From positions 182,164 through 245,982 of the forward strand of contig NW_004797510.1 in the NCBI RefSeq assembly GCF_000002075.1: DNA of 63,819 bases. The letters are read 5' to 3'. A program made the translations under genes and the position numbers. Within the stretch, counting starts at the first letter, position 1, and each line of letters begins with the position of its first letter. Shown piece after piece: positions 26,420 through 39,710 of the stretch. This DNA is from Aplysia californica (lineage: Eukaryota). The notes under the pieces are model-generated. The model did no database searches. It was not told the origin of the DNA and saw only the letters and a list, made by a program, of their open reading frames with translations.

Positions 26420-26525
26420 TAAGGGATTGGGGTGGGGGGGGGGGCAACAAACTGCCGTCAGATGGGGAGAACTGAAAGGCGACAACAATTCTATATAAAT
26501 CAAGGGATACTTAGACTTAACGCCT
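26420..26525 (+). promoter_or_regulatory. Putative Pol II core promoter of the cysteine-rich secreted protein gene
   Basis: Inverted CCAAT (ATTGG 26426-26430), G/GT box (GGGGTGGGG), TATATAAA at 26492-26499; no ATG between it and the strong-context ACA-ATG-G at 26653. Confidence 0.55.
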
Positions 26526-26652
26526 TAACTCTGAGCTTTTGTGTTGACACCACCGGCTGGTCTGGAGTTTGCGGTGACAGAGAAAGATCTGTTAGTTCAG
26601 ACGGTTTGTATCGCCTTTTGTGGCTAGGATCCTGCGACTCAAAGTTTGCACA

Positions 26653-26682
26653 ATGGAGACACACCTGCCCAATTGGGTGCTG
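26653..26682 (+). CDS. Cys-rich secreted protein, exon 1 coding part (METHLPNWVL), start of signal peptide
   Basis: ATG with A at -3 and G at +4; donor CTG|GTAGGT, phase 0; joined to exon 2 it gives the hydrophobic stretch WVLISLFGCSLLFVAV. Confidence 0.6.
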
Positions 26683-27539
26683 GTAGGTTACTCAGTTACA
26701 TTTTTCTCGCGTTCCCTTCTTATGATCGTTTAATTTATTGGGTCTCCTTCTTTTTACACTTTTACTATTTATTGGTCTTTTCGTCTGTGTACTAGATATA
26801 ATAGTCAAGTTTGTAAATATTTCCAATGATCAAGAGTATTGTTGAGGATACTTGCAGTATTTTTCTCTTTTTTCCTGCTAACAAAATATTTTGATTCTGC
26901 TTTTTTCTGGCGGCTTTTAAAAGTAAATACCATTTGTAAACGATCTCATATGGACCTCTAGGTTCTATTATGAATATTGTCAAGTCTGTAAAGAGATCGC
27001 ATGTTCTGCTTCCGTCTGTTTTTCTTTTTTGTGAGCGTCCAAGAAATAATGAGTACAATGAGATATTTCATTCATATTGGCTCATTCTTTGTACAACAAT
27101 CTGTTCAAATACTCTACCCCTATTAAAACAAGCACTGCTAAGTTGATATAGCTGGTAACAAAAATATTGCCGATGTTTGACGCAGGACATCTCAAAGACT
27201 ACCGAACCGATCACCTTCATATTTTGAGAAGAGCTTAATATCTATCTCATCCACTGGGAAATGCAATCAATTTTCCGAAATTGTGGCTGGTTAATTAATT
27301 ACGATGTATCATTACTAATTCAGTACAAGTGTTACAGTAATCACGAGCTGAAAGTTGGACAAATTGCTAGTTTCTCGGATGTTCATAGGCGTCGCCACTT
27401 TTGAACAAATTTCATAACCATTATCTGAAGCGACATTGATGGTTTCACAGACAGACAGACAAACCTATAGAGAGATAGTGACAGATCTACGGGACACATT
27501 TAAACATATTTTAACACTCACAATTATTCAGAATCAGAT

Positions 27540-28830
27540 GTATCGTCAATCAGGTGGATGACTACACTAGGCTTCTTAGGGAAATTTAATCCATCATTCA
27601 TCCAGTATCTTTCCTCTGTTGCTTTGACATGGCCCTCTCACATTTTGCCAACATTCTCTGGCTATACTTGATAAGGTCTCCTTTGTGTGTCGCTTAACGT
27701 CATAGAGTCTAAATGTTGTATTTGCCAAAGCAACCTTTTTCTTCATCTCAGCCAAGATTACTTCAATAGGGTTAAGCTGGGGGTGGTAAGGAGGGAGCCT
27801 AAGAGGTAAGTGACCATGTTCTTCCAGGTACTTGTGTACTCGAAAAACTTCTATCTTGCTCTGTTTGCTGGTGTTCACAATGTCTAGGAGATCCTTTTTG
27901 GTTTTCGCTGTACTATGGTCGATCCCACGCTTATCAAGCCAGGGTATTATAGGGCCTTTGTTCAAAGATTTCGTTGAAATTTATCATCAGGATTAGTTAC
28001 ATTATGATATGATGCTTTGTCCATAACCAGGCATGATATTTTTTATCTAATGCAGGCACCACAGTGTTACTAATCCAGTTTTCAAAGTCGTTACTATCCA
28101 TGTTTTTGTGATAGTCGCCATTTTCATCTTTCAACTTTGACTCAAAAACCAGTTCCCAATTGTTCACTAGTCCTCTCTCATGGCTTCCGATATGCGCCAT
28201 TCTAAGTTGTTTGCCTTTTCCAGTCGGAATGAATCTCTGTTGCCTGTCAGAGAGCCATTCTTTGGTGCACGTGTGGTGGGCATTGGTGTAGGTCTCATCA
28301 AAAAAATAAATGCCAACGTTGTCTTCTCTAAGCTGTAGTAATTTTGGTAGGTACTTCCCCCTCAGTGCAACCGTGTTCTTTGACTCACAAATTACGTCTT
28401 TGGATGTTTTTGTCTTCTTGAAACTGAAACCTACACTCTTCACAATGCGCCATAAAGTCTGTTTGTTGATATCCAAATCGTGATTGCTTTTCCAAAAAGA
28501 CATAAGTGTCCTAGTGTTCTAAGTGTGACGTACTGGTTATCACCTAATATATTTTCAATAGCGCGTCCCACGAGATCTCTAACAAAGGTATCACATTTCG
28601 GCCTCTCTTAGTCATCTCGACGTCTTCGGTTACATTTTCCTCCGATATCCTTCTGTTCAAAGTCCTGTCACTAAATCAAGCAAATGTTTAGTTCTGCTAA
28701 ATGGATCAGAAATTGAACGATTTGGACGACCGCGATTTTTCTCACAAGTGAAATAGTCATATACTTTCAGAGCAATGTTCTTGTGAGTAAAAAATTTCTG
28801 TTTTATCTTAGACTTCATCTTCATCACAAT
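27540..28830 (-). mobile_element. IS630-Tc1-mariner transposase pseudogene with long DD~85E spacer (Sailor-type), in intron 1
   Basis: FFDETY, PTGKGK.L...H.GS, GDYHKNM...FENW, VMDKASYH (D at 28019-28021), LRLPPYHPQLNPIE (E at 27762-27764); frameshifted. Confidence 0.85.
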
Positions 28831-29649
28831 ATGATATTCAGCAAGTTAACAATTCAAAAATTAAAACCACACAGGCCAAATGGATCACAAAAGCGTAGAC
28901 GCCTATGACTCTTGATTATGACTGACAGATCACAGTTCCGTTCTCTTGTTCATTGGACGGACACATTCGTGTATAACAAAAGTGATTGTTTACTTAGATT
29001 AGCTATAAAAAACAGCAGTTCTGAAAAAACACTACTCACAATTTTCACGACAGTTTTGACAATACACAGAGTCGACAAAGCCGTAACAATGTTTAAATTT
29101 GTCAGAAAAGACAAAAATATTTTATGCTTTCCTCAAACGTTAAAATTGTATTATATCAGGTGCGGGGCGATGATTTTTAAAAATGAGGGGTTCAAAGTTG
29201 GTTTATGATGAATAATGCATATTTGTTTGCTTAAATAATACATCTATGTATAATATTTGTGCTCTGGTTACATTGTCATTCCTAGATACTATATATAATT
29301 ACTAATTCAATACAAGTTTTACAGTAATCGTGTGCTGAAAGTTGGACAAATTGTAAACCTCCTCAATTTTTTTAGATGAACCAACACATTCGGCAACAAT
29401 TTTGTTACAAGCTATAACAGAACATATACCGGTACAGAAAATGACAAGCATTGTAACTGCTGATTGCACTAAGTTAAAAGTAAGCGTTAAATGTTTAATG
29501 TGTCGTTAGACCTTTTTTGTGCGTTCAACGTGTGCACTTCTCTCAAATGCGGTAGGAGGGCTCCTCTTGCATTCTTCGATGTGGATGGGAGATGAAATTA
29601 CTGCCAAGAGTTAGACGGGTTGCACCAGTTGTTATGTTAATCTCTTTAA

Positions 29650-29900
29650 GGGCCTCTTTAACAACTTCCAGTAAAATTGATGGAGAAGACTCATCTTTTA
29701 AAAACCAAAAATTCCAAGGTAGATCTAGGTGTACAATCTTACCCTGTCCTTTATTACAAGTCAATGAACTTCGAGGTGGAATGTATTACTTTAGTGCATG
29801 GAAATAGCACATTTTGGTGCCTGATCGTGCATTTACAGCTCAATGCGGCAACTTTGTAATCAATACGGGCTTTAAGTTGCTTTAACAAGAAATTAGTGCA
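29650..29900 (-). mobile_element. Short L2/CR1-like 3' fragment
   Basis: LKARIDYKVA.L..KC motif; heavily eroded. Confidence 0.35.
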
Positions 29901-31422
29901 GTTGCAAAAGCAACGGTGGTGTGCGGCTTTAGACAAACCATTGGAGAACACGTATCGCAGTTTGGTGGTTGAGGCTTTGTTATTTGTTCAATAGTTCTCT
30001 TTGTATGTGTACGAGGAGTGGACTACATTTGTATGCTGTGGTAGTAAGAGTGTTGACATCTTTTTCTTGAGATCTCTCTTGCTGGAAAAGTTGTTTTTAC
30101 TGCAATTCGTCGAGTCTCTTAATTCAAATATACAGCCGAACTTATCTTTTGGACTTGGTGGTTCGTCCGCAATTTGTACTAAAATATAACTCCAACATTT
30201 TTTACCTTTGCTGTCATAATCACTCCCTCATTTTGAATAATAAGAGGACCAGTCCTATCAAAGGATGTCACTAATGATTTTGAGTTACATGAGATCTCAT
30301 TGCCGTTTAAACACAATCTCTTGGTTGCCATCCACGTCTTGACAGGTACATAGCAATCGCCTAGCATGGATTTCTGTAGTACACCGTAATTTTAACTGGA
30401 CACACTTTAAGGGTGGGAAATATTCCTTTAACGACCTGTAACAAGCTCTAAATGTTGGGGACAAGTAGACTGCATCTCTACTGAAGTTACTGTTGCCATT
30501 TGAAAGGTTCATTTTATGTGAGAATAACTATTTCTCTTCGCTTCTGGATACATAATGAGTCTAAAAACTATGGAAGTACAGGCAGAGCTTTGAAAAGTTT
30601 TGAAAGCCAGGTGTCTTTGTTTTTCTTTGCTTGCCTTCCTTATTTTTCTCCGGGGTAAAGAAGGTAAGGTGGGAGGAGGGGGGGGGGCAACTAAGAAACG
30701 AATTTACAATACTTTTACAATGTGCTTTTCGGAGATTGCACTACAAAAAGCAGAAGATGCAAATTCAGGATACCTTAACCCCATCAAGCCGAGGACTACT
30801 TTAATGAAACATTCATTAAGTATGTGCAAGGCAAAGCAGTGTCATATTGAACAACATGATAACTTTTATTCTGCTTATTTCAAAAGCACTTAGCAGAGCC
30901 AACAAGATAAGCAGAGTCATGTTTTCTTTATAAGTTAGTTAGTTGTTTTTTGGGGGGTTAGCCTATTATCAAGAACTGACGATCTCTAAAGAGTATACAA
31001 TAAATTCATACATTCATCTATTATCTATAGATTACATGAGGTATACCGACCACTGTTCTCCATCTCCAACATCATAATGAGTTCAATCATTATGTCTTTT
31101 CCATGTACGCCCATTTGGATAGGAACGGAAATTTATTTTTACTTCTAGTGGGGTTATTTTTTAAATTTATTGAAATACATTGCTTGTCATCTGCATAAAA
31201 TGATTTCTAGCAGTGCGAATATGTATGACTTTTTGGTGATTAAGAAAGGTTTTAACAATATTATAATATGGAAAAGCTTAAAAAAATTTAAAACTCTTTT
31301 CCCCCCAAATTGTTGTTCTCTTCTTCAATTTCAGAAACACAATTTTATTTGTTATCTTTCTTTCGTACCATGAGTACAAGGTGTTACACAATTATAAACC
31401 AGGAGCATTTCGTTTTTTCCAG

Positions 31423-31464
31423 ATATCCCTGTTTGGGTGTTCCCTTCTCTTTGTGGCTGTTCAC
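31423..31464 (+). CDS. Exon 2 (ISLFGCSLLFVAVH), signal-peptide h-region
   Basis: Acceptor cgttttttccAG, donor CAC|GTAAGT (consensus), 42 nt, phase 0/0. Confidence 0.65.
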
Positions 31465-31923
31465 GTAAGTCGTCCCATTTTTGTTCAGTAATACACAGCA
31501 TTAGTTTTGTTTTAAGCTAAAATTGCCTTTACTTATTACACGTCATCAAACTGTTCACTGTTTTTTAATGCGAATTTACAAAGCGTGATAGAATTACTCA
31601 TATTTATTATATTTCTGCATCAGCGGGAAAAGATGCTTCACTTATTGCGTTGTTTGTTCAACTGGTGACTGCAAGGTATGACTTTATGTTTTCAATGATA
31701 CCAGGTTCCGTTCTGCAAGCTACGGAAAAAGGAGTTGCGGGCAGGAGGCGTTGCTCATCCCAATACTGTTTGAAGCCATCCTATGATAACTTGTCATAGG
31801 AACTACACCAAAATGACTCTTAATACCAGAAGAGCAAGAAAGTGTTAGCTTGTTACATCAGTCCAGATCACACAAAAATAATATTTCCTTATACATAATA
31901 AAAAGGTGGCTGTCATATAGATA

Positions 31924-34175
31924 CAAGGTTATCCACCCCCCCCCCTCCCCTTCCCCTCGCCTCAAAAGAAAAAAACAACAACAAAGAACAACGTTACAAC
32001 TTATTTATAAATATCTTGCACAAAATAGGAACTGGAAGGTTGTAATTCGGAACATAATATACAATTCATTCAAAAGGAATTTGTTTGACAAAAAATTTGC
32101 AAAGAAGAAACTAAATTTCGAAAACGGAAATGGCTTTTTATAAAATCATTTATAAGCAGAAAATGCTCAAATTTAAAAAAAAAATAAGGAAAGCCTAAAA
32201 TAATTGGTTTTCCCCCTCTCATTTTCTTCTTAAAATGTACCCCCCCCCCCCCTTGTAACATTTAAACAGTATTTCTTTTAGCTTACCAAGTTTTATAAGA
32301 TATTAAAACAAATCTGGAATTATGAGAACCAGTGCTCTATTTTTTAAATATATTCTTCTTTGTACTCGTCGTCGTTCGTAATGTTCAGTGGAGGAAAAAC
32401 CTTAGGATCCACCAACCCATCACTGCTCAAAGCCACGCATATTGTATTCCTTACAGTGTGGAGTTGCTTCTAGAGACAATGGGGGGTGCCCAATAGAGCA
32501 TTTGTGGAGTTAACATAATCTGAATGGGGGATAAGGGCTTTGACAAGGAACCAAAAGTCATCAAGGAATTCACACTAGTCAAGACGATCGAGGAATCAGG
32601 AACAAAATGCTATCCTTTGATCCTTGTCAGCTCTGCAAACAGGAAAATGGTACAGTCGTAGATGAAGATACGCCTTGAGAATGCATGCTGTTAAGATGTA
32701 GGAAAATCCTATTTGTAGACATCGTTTACGGACAGACGTCTCATGGGACTCATCTACTGAATTTTGCACCCTGGTGATGCCTAAAAGAGTGCGAATGGTA
32801 TGTAACGGATCTTAGACATGTTCTCAGAAGGTGAAGGAAACTTGAGAAAAACTGTCTGAAAACTTCTGTTGGCCTGTCAGACTACTGTGGCTTGCAATAT
32901 GACGCAATCGTTGGGACTTTTAATGTTTTCATGCGAACTAGTGCGTCATGCTACATAAACGGTGACATATGTGAAAGTAGGCTCTTTTTTACGCGCTATG
33001 TAGAGCAAATCTATTCTGCTGATCTATCTTACTTGGTTACTTGGTTGGAGAACAGGAATGATTGCAGGCTGCACAATGCAATAGCTTCTCCTCCCTGAAA
33101 GGGTCTACCTGATGATCGTGCCAGTTAACATCTGGTTGGATATTCTTTTGGCTTTTCCACGCAGGTTGCTGTCTCTCCCCAACGCTATAGAGACACCAGT
33201 TACCTCTAGTCTATCCTTTGTATGTCAAGTGGTGCCTTCATCCTCTCTGTGTCGTTGAACCATGCGGTCAATGCTGCCATGACTGTTGGTGGATCTAATT
33301 GCATGGTGCCGCCAATCTCAGACTGACAGGCTAGCTGATCAGCACGTTCATTGCCGTGAACTCCTGCCTGACCAGGGCTAAAGATCCATACAATCCTTGT
33401 GATTCTCCTGAATTGTATTGCCTCTCGCCAGTCTGCTTCTTCAGTTTTTTGAGGGTACACTTTGAGTCGGTGACAAGGATTGCAGACTGATACTCCGTTG
33501 TCTTAATCCAGTTAAGGGCTTCGGTGATGACTTTCATCTCCATGCACATGCAGGACGTGGTTATNNNNNNNNNNNNNNNNNNNNNNNNNNNNNNNNNNNN
33601 NNNNNNNNNNNNNNNNNNNNNNNNNNNNNNNNNNNNNNNNNNNNNNNNNNNNNNNNNNNNNNNNNNNNNNNNNNNNNNNNNNNNNNNNNNNNNNNNNNNN
33701 NNNNNNNNNNNNNNNNNNNNNNNNNNNNNNNNNNNNNNNNNNNNNNNNNNNNNNNNNNNNNNNNNNNNNNNNNNNNNNNNNNNNNNNNNNNNNNNNNNNN
33801 NNNNNNNNNNNNCCGTTTACACGGGCGCTGACAGCCCATCCAGACTTGACACCACGCTGTACTGATCCATCTGTGAAGCTGACCATGTCGCTCTGTTCAC
33901 TGTACTCCTCTATCAGCGTCTCTACCATGGCATTGGCTGCTCCCTCTTGCCGCTCACGACATTCTTTGCCTAAGGTTGCTAGCACTCGAGTATACTGCTC
34001 AAGCGTATAAATGACGCTGACCCATGCGATGATCCTTCGGATGTATTGCACTTCACAGCATTTAGCCAAAGTAGTCGCTGCCTCATTCATCCATTCAAAT
34101 AAATTTGCAACGCAAAAAATTTCAGAGTGGATGAAAATACTATCTTTTTTAATCGTAGTATTTTTAATCACCCTG
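31924..34175 (-). mobile_element. Tc1/mariner-like element, copy 3 (more diverged), interrupted by a LINE fragment
   Basis: TA|CAAGGTTATCCA and ATCACCCTG|TA ends; internal blocks (GGGGTGCCCAATAGA, CAGACGTCTCATGGGACT) shared with copy 2. Confidence 0.7.
33017..34095 (-). mobile_element. Non-LTR retrotransposon fragment with RNase H domain, nested in Tc1 copy 3
   Basis: FTDGSV..GVKSGWA, EMKVITEAL, ILVTDSK, W..GQAGVHGNERADQLA: RNase H catalytic motifs; split by an N-gap and frameshifts. Confidence 0.85.
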
Positions 34176-34342
34176 TAGTTAAGCTCAAAGTATTTGCTCT
34201 AGAGAAGGAATTTTCGCTCGATTCTTTCTGTTTATTATTAATAATATCTGAGAGACGAAAAATAGAATACAAATGGTTGCTTGCCATGCAAGTCCGGACC
34301 GAACTTCATGTAAGGGTAAGGTAAGAGTGGTTTTTATCTCAG

Positions 34343-34414
34343 TGGGGTGTGGATGTAGTGACGTGCCAGCTCGGCTTCCAGCCTACCAAAGTGTGCACCG
34401 TGACAGAGACAACT
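34343..34414 (+). CDS. Exon 3 (WGVDVVTCQLGFQPTKVCTVTETT)
   Basis: Acceptor tttttatctcAG, donor ACT|GTGCGT, 72 nt, phase 0/0; forms a Thr/Pro linker TETT|SQPPPP with exon 4. Confidence 0.6.
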
Positions 34415-35483
34415 GTGCGTAGTGTAATCCTCCAATAACATCCAAGCCAACATCTTGCCCAAGCACTCAATGCCGACCTTTCCCACTCCTTAAACCAAGG
34501 GAATTTCACCAAAAAAACCATGACAAATGTGATTTTGTAATTGTAAGTGCTTTACGCCCTCATCGTCACAATTTAGATGACTTAAGAGAAGGGCTACTCT
34601 GTCGTTTCCTGCTAGGCTCAGCCTGGGCTGACTACGAAATCGTATCATACATAATGATGTTACTTGTGGGTTTCGAACTATGGCCGAGAGCATCACTTCC
34701 TTCCCACCTAAATGACTAGTAGTGTTGACGTTGCTATTTAACATAGATCCAACCTTTACAGAATCCAAAATTAATTTTTAAAAACCTTAGTTCGTGTCAA
34801 AATTCATTTTCATCACAATGAAATAACACGTTTCGCTCAAAATATTTTTCTTTCAAGAAAGGCTGAATATTTTAATATTGTAGACTGTTAATGCAACAGA
34901 TCTTGGGGTCAATAACTTACTTGCTTTTTTATGTATCCGCCGATATCATCCCCTTCCTTGGTGTAATCCGCACATCTAATCCTCTCTCACTTCTACAATT
35001 ACTGAGAAATACAATGAAAATGGAAAGTCACAGCATGCTTAATAATTTTAAATATGATTTATTGAGTCCAAGAACAGAATGTGCTTTCCAGCAATAATTA
35101 ATATTTTGCTAGAGCGACCTAGTTTCTGTTCAGTATCGCAGCCGTTAAGATTTTTTTAAAAACTTAAATGCACTATACTAGAAACGAGAAAAGAAAGGAT
35201 CATGGATTATCAACAATATTGAACATATTTTTATGTTCAGTCTTACTTTCAAATAGCAGGACTGGATGCAGATTTAGCATTTTATTATCATTTTGTTTAT
35301 GTGGGTGGTGCACATTCACCGTATCAAAATTCGTTATGGAATTACATGGCTTGTACAGTTAGTACTGTGCGTACTGATAAAGGAAAGAAAACAGTTAACA
35401 GAAACCACAACAGTACCACATCGTACACAAACATTTGCTACAGGAATCTCTACAGCCTCCTTATCCTCCACATTTTCATTTTT

Positions 35484-35523
<40 letters not shown>

Positions 35524-36001
35524 CCATCAGAGTGGTTATCCCCGGGTTCAAATAAACAGAAACAGCACCTCCAATAAATAACAACAATGACAATAGAAGT
35601 ATCGAAGCTCACAGCAATAATAGCAACATAATTAATATAATTAACAACAACAACTTTAGTCTGTATAACAACAGCACCAAAATCAATCACTACTACCATC
35701 ACTGCTACTGCTGCTGNNNNNNNNNNNNNNNNNNNNNNNNNNNNNNNNNNNNNNNNNNNNNNNNNNNNNNNNNNNNNNNNNNNNNNNNNNNNNNNNNNNN
35801 NNNNNNNNNNNNNNNNNNNNNNNNNNNNNNNNNNNNNNNNNNNNNNNNNNNNNNNNNNNNNNNNNNNNNNNNNNNNNNNNNNNNNNNNNNNNNNNNNNNN
35901 NNNNNCACCACCCTACCATTACCACTTCCACTACCACTACCACTACTACTACCACTACTATACTGCCATCACTATCACTGCTACTCACATCTCCACTACA
36001 T

Positions 36002-36065
<64 letters not shown>

Positions 36066-36069
<4 letters not shown>

Positions 36070-38110
36070 CCGGTGCCTTGCCGTCTGGCGTGTGCGATCA
36101 TGGACCTCCACTTCACTCGGTCTTGCGTTGCAGCAATGATGTCTCTTGTTCTTGCTGCTCCTAGCCATGTTGTCATCTTGTCCAGTATATTTTCCCTCTA
36201 TCTGCCTCTTCTTCTCTTTCCATCAAACTTGCCTGTTGTTACAATATTCTCCAATGCTTCTTTCCGCATTGTGTGTCGCTTTCGTATATTCGCCAAAAGC
36301 TGTCTTCTACAATTTGCTTTAACCAAGACTTCTTCATTTATTTTTCTAGCTGTCCATGGGATACGTAGCATACGTCTTATGAACCACAACTCTGTCGCCA
36401 CAATTGTTCTTTCCAGCTGTTTATTGATTGTCCAAGCTTCGCTCCCGTATAATAGGATTGGCTCGATGTAACTTTTCAGTACTCTTTTTCCTGTGTCCAG
36501 TGACAGATTGATGTTTGTTAGTATCGGTTTCATTTAGTGGAAGGTTGCTTTTGCTTCGCAAATGCAGCTTTTAATTTCGGTGTGACAACTCCCATCTGAT
36601 GATATAATGGTCCCCAAATATTTAAAATGTTGTACTTGCTTGACGGTGGTATAATTGATTTTGATATTGCATGTTGGGGTTGGGGTTTTTCTGCTTATCA
36701 CCATTGTTTCGGTTTTCTTGATGTTTAGGCTTAAGCCCATGTTGTCACTCTCTCGTACGTTAAAATTTAATAGATTCTGTAGGTGTTCTTCATCTTCCGC
36801 TATTAGGACTGTGTCGTCTGCATATCTTAGATTGTTTATATTATGTCCCCCTATCGAGAAACCTGGCATTTCTTCTATGTGTCTCATAATAGTTTCACTA
36901 TACAGGGAGAACAAGCCAGAAGAAGGTACACACTTTGTCTGATTCCTCTTTTAATCTGTTTGTATTCGCTGATGTCGTTTTCTATTATCATTGCAGTAGT
37001 TTGATCCCAGTACATGTTCTTGATAATCCTTAAGTCCTTCCCGTAAATATTGAGGACTTCTAGCATGTCGGTGATCTTGTCGTGCCTAACTTTGTCGAAT
37101 GCCTTGGTGTAGTCTATAAAACATAAATGAAGATCTTTCTGAACTTCTAGGGCACGTTCTATTGTTGTTCTGATAACATATATGGCATTTGCAGTGCCTT
37201 TGCCTTCAATAACTCCACACTGTTCTTGGGCTTTTTCTGGGAGAATTTTATTTAGTATTCTCATCATAATTAATCTGAGTAGTATTTTTGTTATGTGGCT
37301 CATGAGGCTGATGGTACAATGAATTTCACATTCGTTTGCATTAGGTTTCTTTGGTAAAGCTATGAAGATAGATTTTGACAAGTCTGATGGAATATGTCCA
37401 GTGCCATACATGTTGTTAAGAAGATTTGTCAGTGAGGTGATTCCAAAGTCTTTTAAAGCTTTAATCATCTCTGTGGTAATGTTGTCCGTTCCTGCAGCTT
37501 TCCCATTCTTCATCTTTCGTAGTGCCTTGATAACTTCTTCTTTCATGATTGGTGGTCCCTCGTTGTTATTTTCCACTTTTCTTTGTTCATCTCTTTTGTC
37601 ATTGTACAGGTCACCGATATATTCTGTCCAACGTTCTAGTATCTTGTCTTTGTCCATGATGATATTCCCATCCTTTGATTTGAGGCATCCTGTTGATCAT
37701 TGTGTTCTTGTATGGCACACCTCTTTAATTTTTCTGTGCAGATCTTTTCAGTTCGCATTGGAATGATTTTCCATTTCCTCACATTCTTCTTTTAACCAGG
37801 TCTCTTTTGCTAGAATACATTAATTGTGTCTGATTTCTTTATAAAGATTCACATATTTTTCCTGATTGTTTTTGTTTATTCTTCGTTCCTCCATAAGATT
37901 AAGAATTTCTTCAGTCATCCATTTCTTCTTTGCTTTTGTTGTCCTTTCTGGTATGACGTCTTTTGCAGCCTCATTTATAGATGTTTTAGGCTGTTCCCAT
38001 TGTTGTTCTATGTCTTGCATTTCTTCTAAGGGGCGAATTTGTTCTGTACAATTATTCTGAAATTATCTTGCATTTCTTTGTTTGACTAGTAATGCCATGT
38101 TTAGTTTCAT
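36066..38110 (-). mobile_element. RTE-clade LINE, 5' truncated, with (TAG)n tail
   Basis: ILERWTEYI, MKNGKAAG.D.I..EMIK, FIALPKK, CFIDYTKAFDKV, NNLRYADDTVL, FKYLG, LLYGSEAW; frameshifts between the ORF pieces. Confidence 0.93.
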
Positions 38111-38872
38111 ACTACAAGAATTCTGTTAAAAGTTTGATAAAAATCTGTACCCCCCCCCCCCCCTTGGGAAAAAAAAGTTTTTTTTGTTTGTTAGGCAAAC
38201 TATGCAACAACTAGCTCTATCTCGTTTACGTTGTTTAGCTTACTGCTGCCAACATTGTTTGTGTTGATTATTACTTTTACGCAGGATGCTGTTACTGTTG
38301 TGTTTTGTTGCTGTTGTTGTTTTGCTGTTGTTGTGTCGCTGTTGTTGTTCTTCAACTGTTGTTGCTTTGCTGTTGTTGTTTTACTGTTGGTGTATTGCTG
38401 TTGTTGATGTTGTTGTTATTTCCGCTGCTGCTATTGTTGTCGTTGCTGTCCTTGATATGGTTGTTNNNNNNNNNNNNNNNNNNNNNNNNNNNNNNNNNNN
38501 NNNNNNNNNNNNNNNNNNNNNNNNNNNNNNNNNNNNNNNNNNNNNNNNNNNNNNNNNNNNNNNNNNNNNNNNNNNNNNNNNNNNNNNNNNNNNNNNNNNN
38601 GTTACATGTATTAAGAGAGTGCTATGGCGAAGCGGTTAGTGCGCTCGTCTCAGAAGCGGAAAGTCCAGGAGCTGGAGTAGTAAAGGTGTAAAGGTGGCAT
38701 GGAAAGGAACTGGCCACCTTACCACAATAATATGCCAAAGGCCCATGAAGCTGCCTAACTAACAAGGCAATCCCAAAAGTCTGGATCGGATGCGTGAACA
38801 ACTTTTACACATATTGAAATGCCCAAATATCTACCGTCTTTTTTTGCTTTTTTTATTATCGTGTTTTCAACA

Positions 38873-38960
<88 letters not shown>
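38873..38960. repeat. (GAT)n microsatellite about 35 nt upstream of the exon 4 acceptor; similar simple repeats at 2292, 10118, 14793, 15095, 15913, 22370, 35484, 40223, 48023, 55675, 59200
   Basis: Direct reading of the sequence. Confidence 0.95.
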
Positions 38961-38994
38961 GTAACATTTTTGTTTTTTATTGTCTTTCCCGAAG

Positions 38995-39142
38995 TCCCAA
39001 CCTCCACCGCCAGTGAACTTTTGGTGTTCTGCAAAAAACGTCGAGTGTGACAGCCAGCAGGAGTGTCGGTTTTTACAGGAACACTGTGATGGTCCCCATT
39101 GTCCTGTGCAAGCTATTTGCGTACGGAAAAACGATATCGACA
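38995..39142 (+). CDS. Exon 4 (SQPPPPVNFWCSAKNVECDSQQECRFLQEHCDGPHCPVQAICVRKNDID), first 6-Cys module
   Basis: Pyrimidine tract plus AAG acceptor, donor A|GTACGT, phase 0/1; six Cys spaced like the modules in the last exon. Confidence 0.8.
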
Positions 39143-39164
39143 GTACGTCATGCTCAAAATACAC

Positions 39165-39710
39165 GGTGCTCTTTCGCAAAATCGGTTCTGTTCAGCTCAG
39201 TTCGGTTCAGTTTGGTCGTCTGGGCTAGACAGACTTTCTCTCCATGGAGGGAGAAAAGCTACCATTGTGGTACAAACCGACCGAAACCGACGACGATCTT
39301 CAAAAACGAATATGCTGTGCCCATTAGAGAATCGGCTCGTCTCGGGTTTTAGCAGCTTCTGTGCACAATATAAATGGACCAACTTCCCAAACCGATCGCC
39401 TGATGCGTAACCTTGAAAAGAAGTGCGTTTGTTGTTGAAGTTTGTCATCAGTTTTATCTGTGCTGTCGGGTTTGCTGCTTCCGTGGAGGACCATACTTCT
39501 AGCTCCAAACCAATAGAACCGACAAAACTGAACCAAATTGAACCGATGATGCCAACTGGCAGTGGAAAAAAGCATTCGTTTTCAAGGGCGCTTGTCAGCT
39601 CATTGGTTTTAGGAAGCAGTCTATTTATAGTATATACTGAAGTCGCTCTCCAGAAATCAAATCGAACCGAACTGAACTGTACCAAACCGACCCGATGTTA
39701 TGTTCACATC
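39165..39710. mobile_element. MITE-like element just after the exon 4 donor
   Basis: Imperfect ~35-bp inverted repeats TCGGTTCTGTTCAGCTCAGTTCGGTTC / GAACCGAACTGAACTGTACCAAACCGA; no TSD identified. Confidence 0.5.

Noticed and set aside
30600-30663. Signal-peptide-like ORF (KARCLCFSLLAFLIFL) with a donor site
   Set aside because: Starts at TTG with an in-frame TGA at 30591; its phase-1 end leads to stops in the downstream exons.
31624-31675. AG/GT-bounded 52-nt segment reading GKRCFTYCVVCSTGDCK
   Set aside because: The Cys frame needs a phase-2 entry; entered in phase 0 from exon 2 it reaches TGA. Left out of the model; at most a poison or alternative exon.
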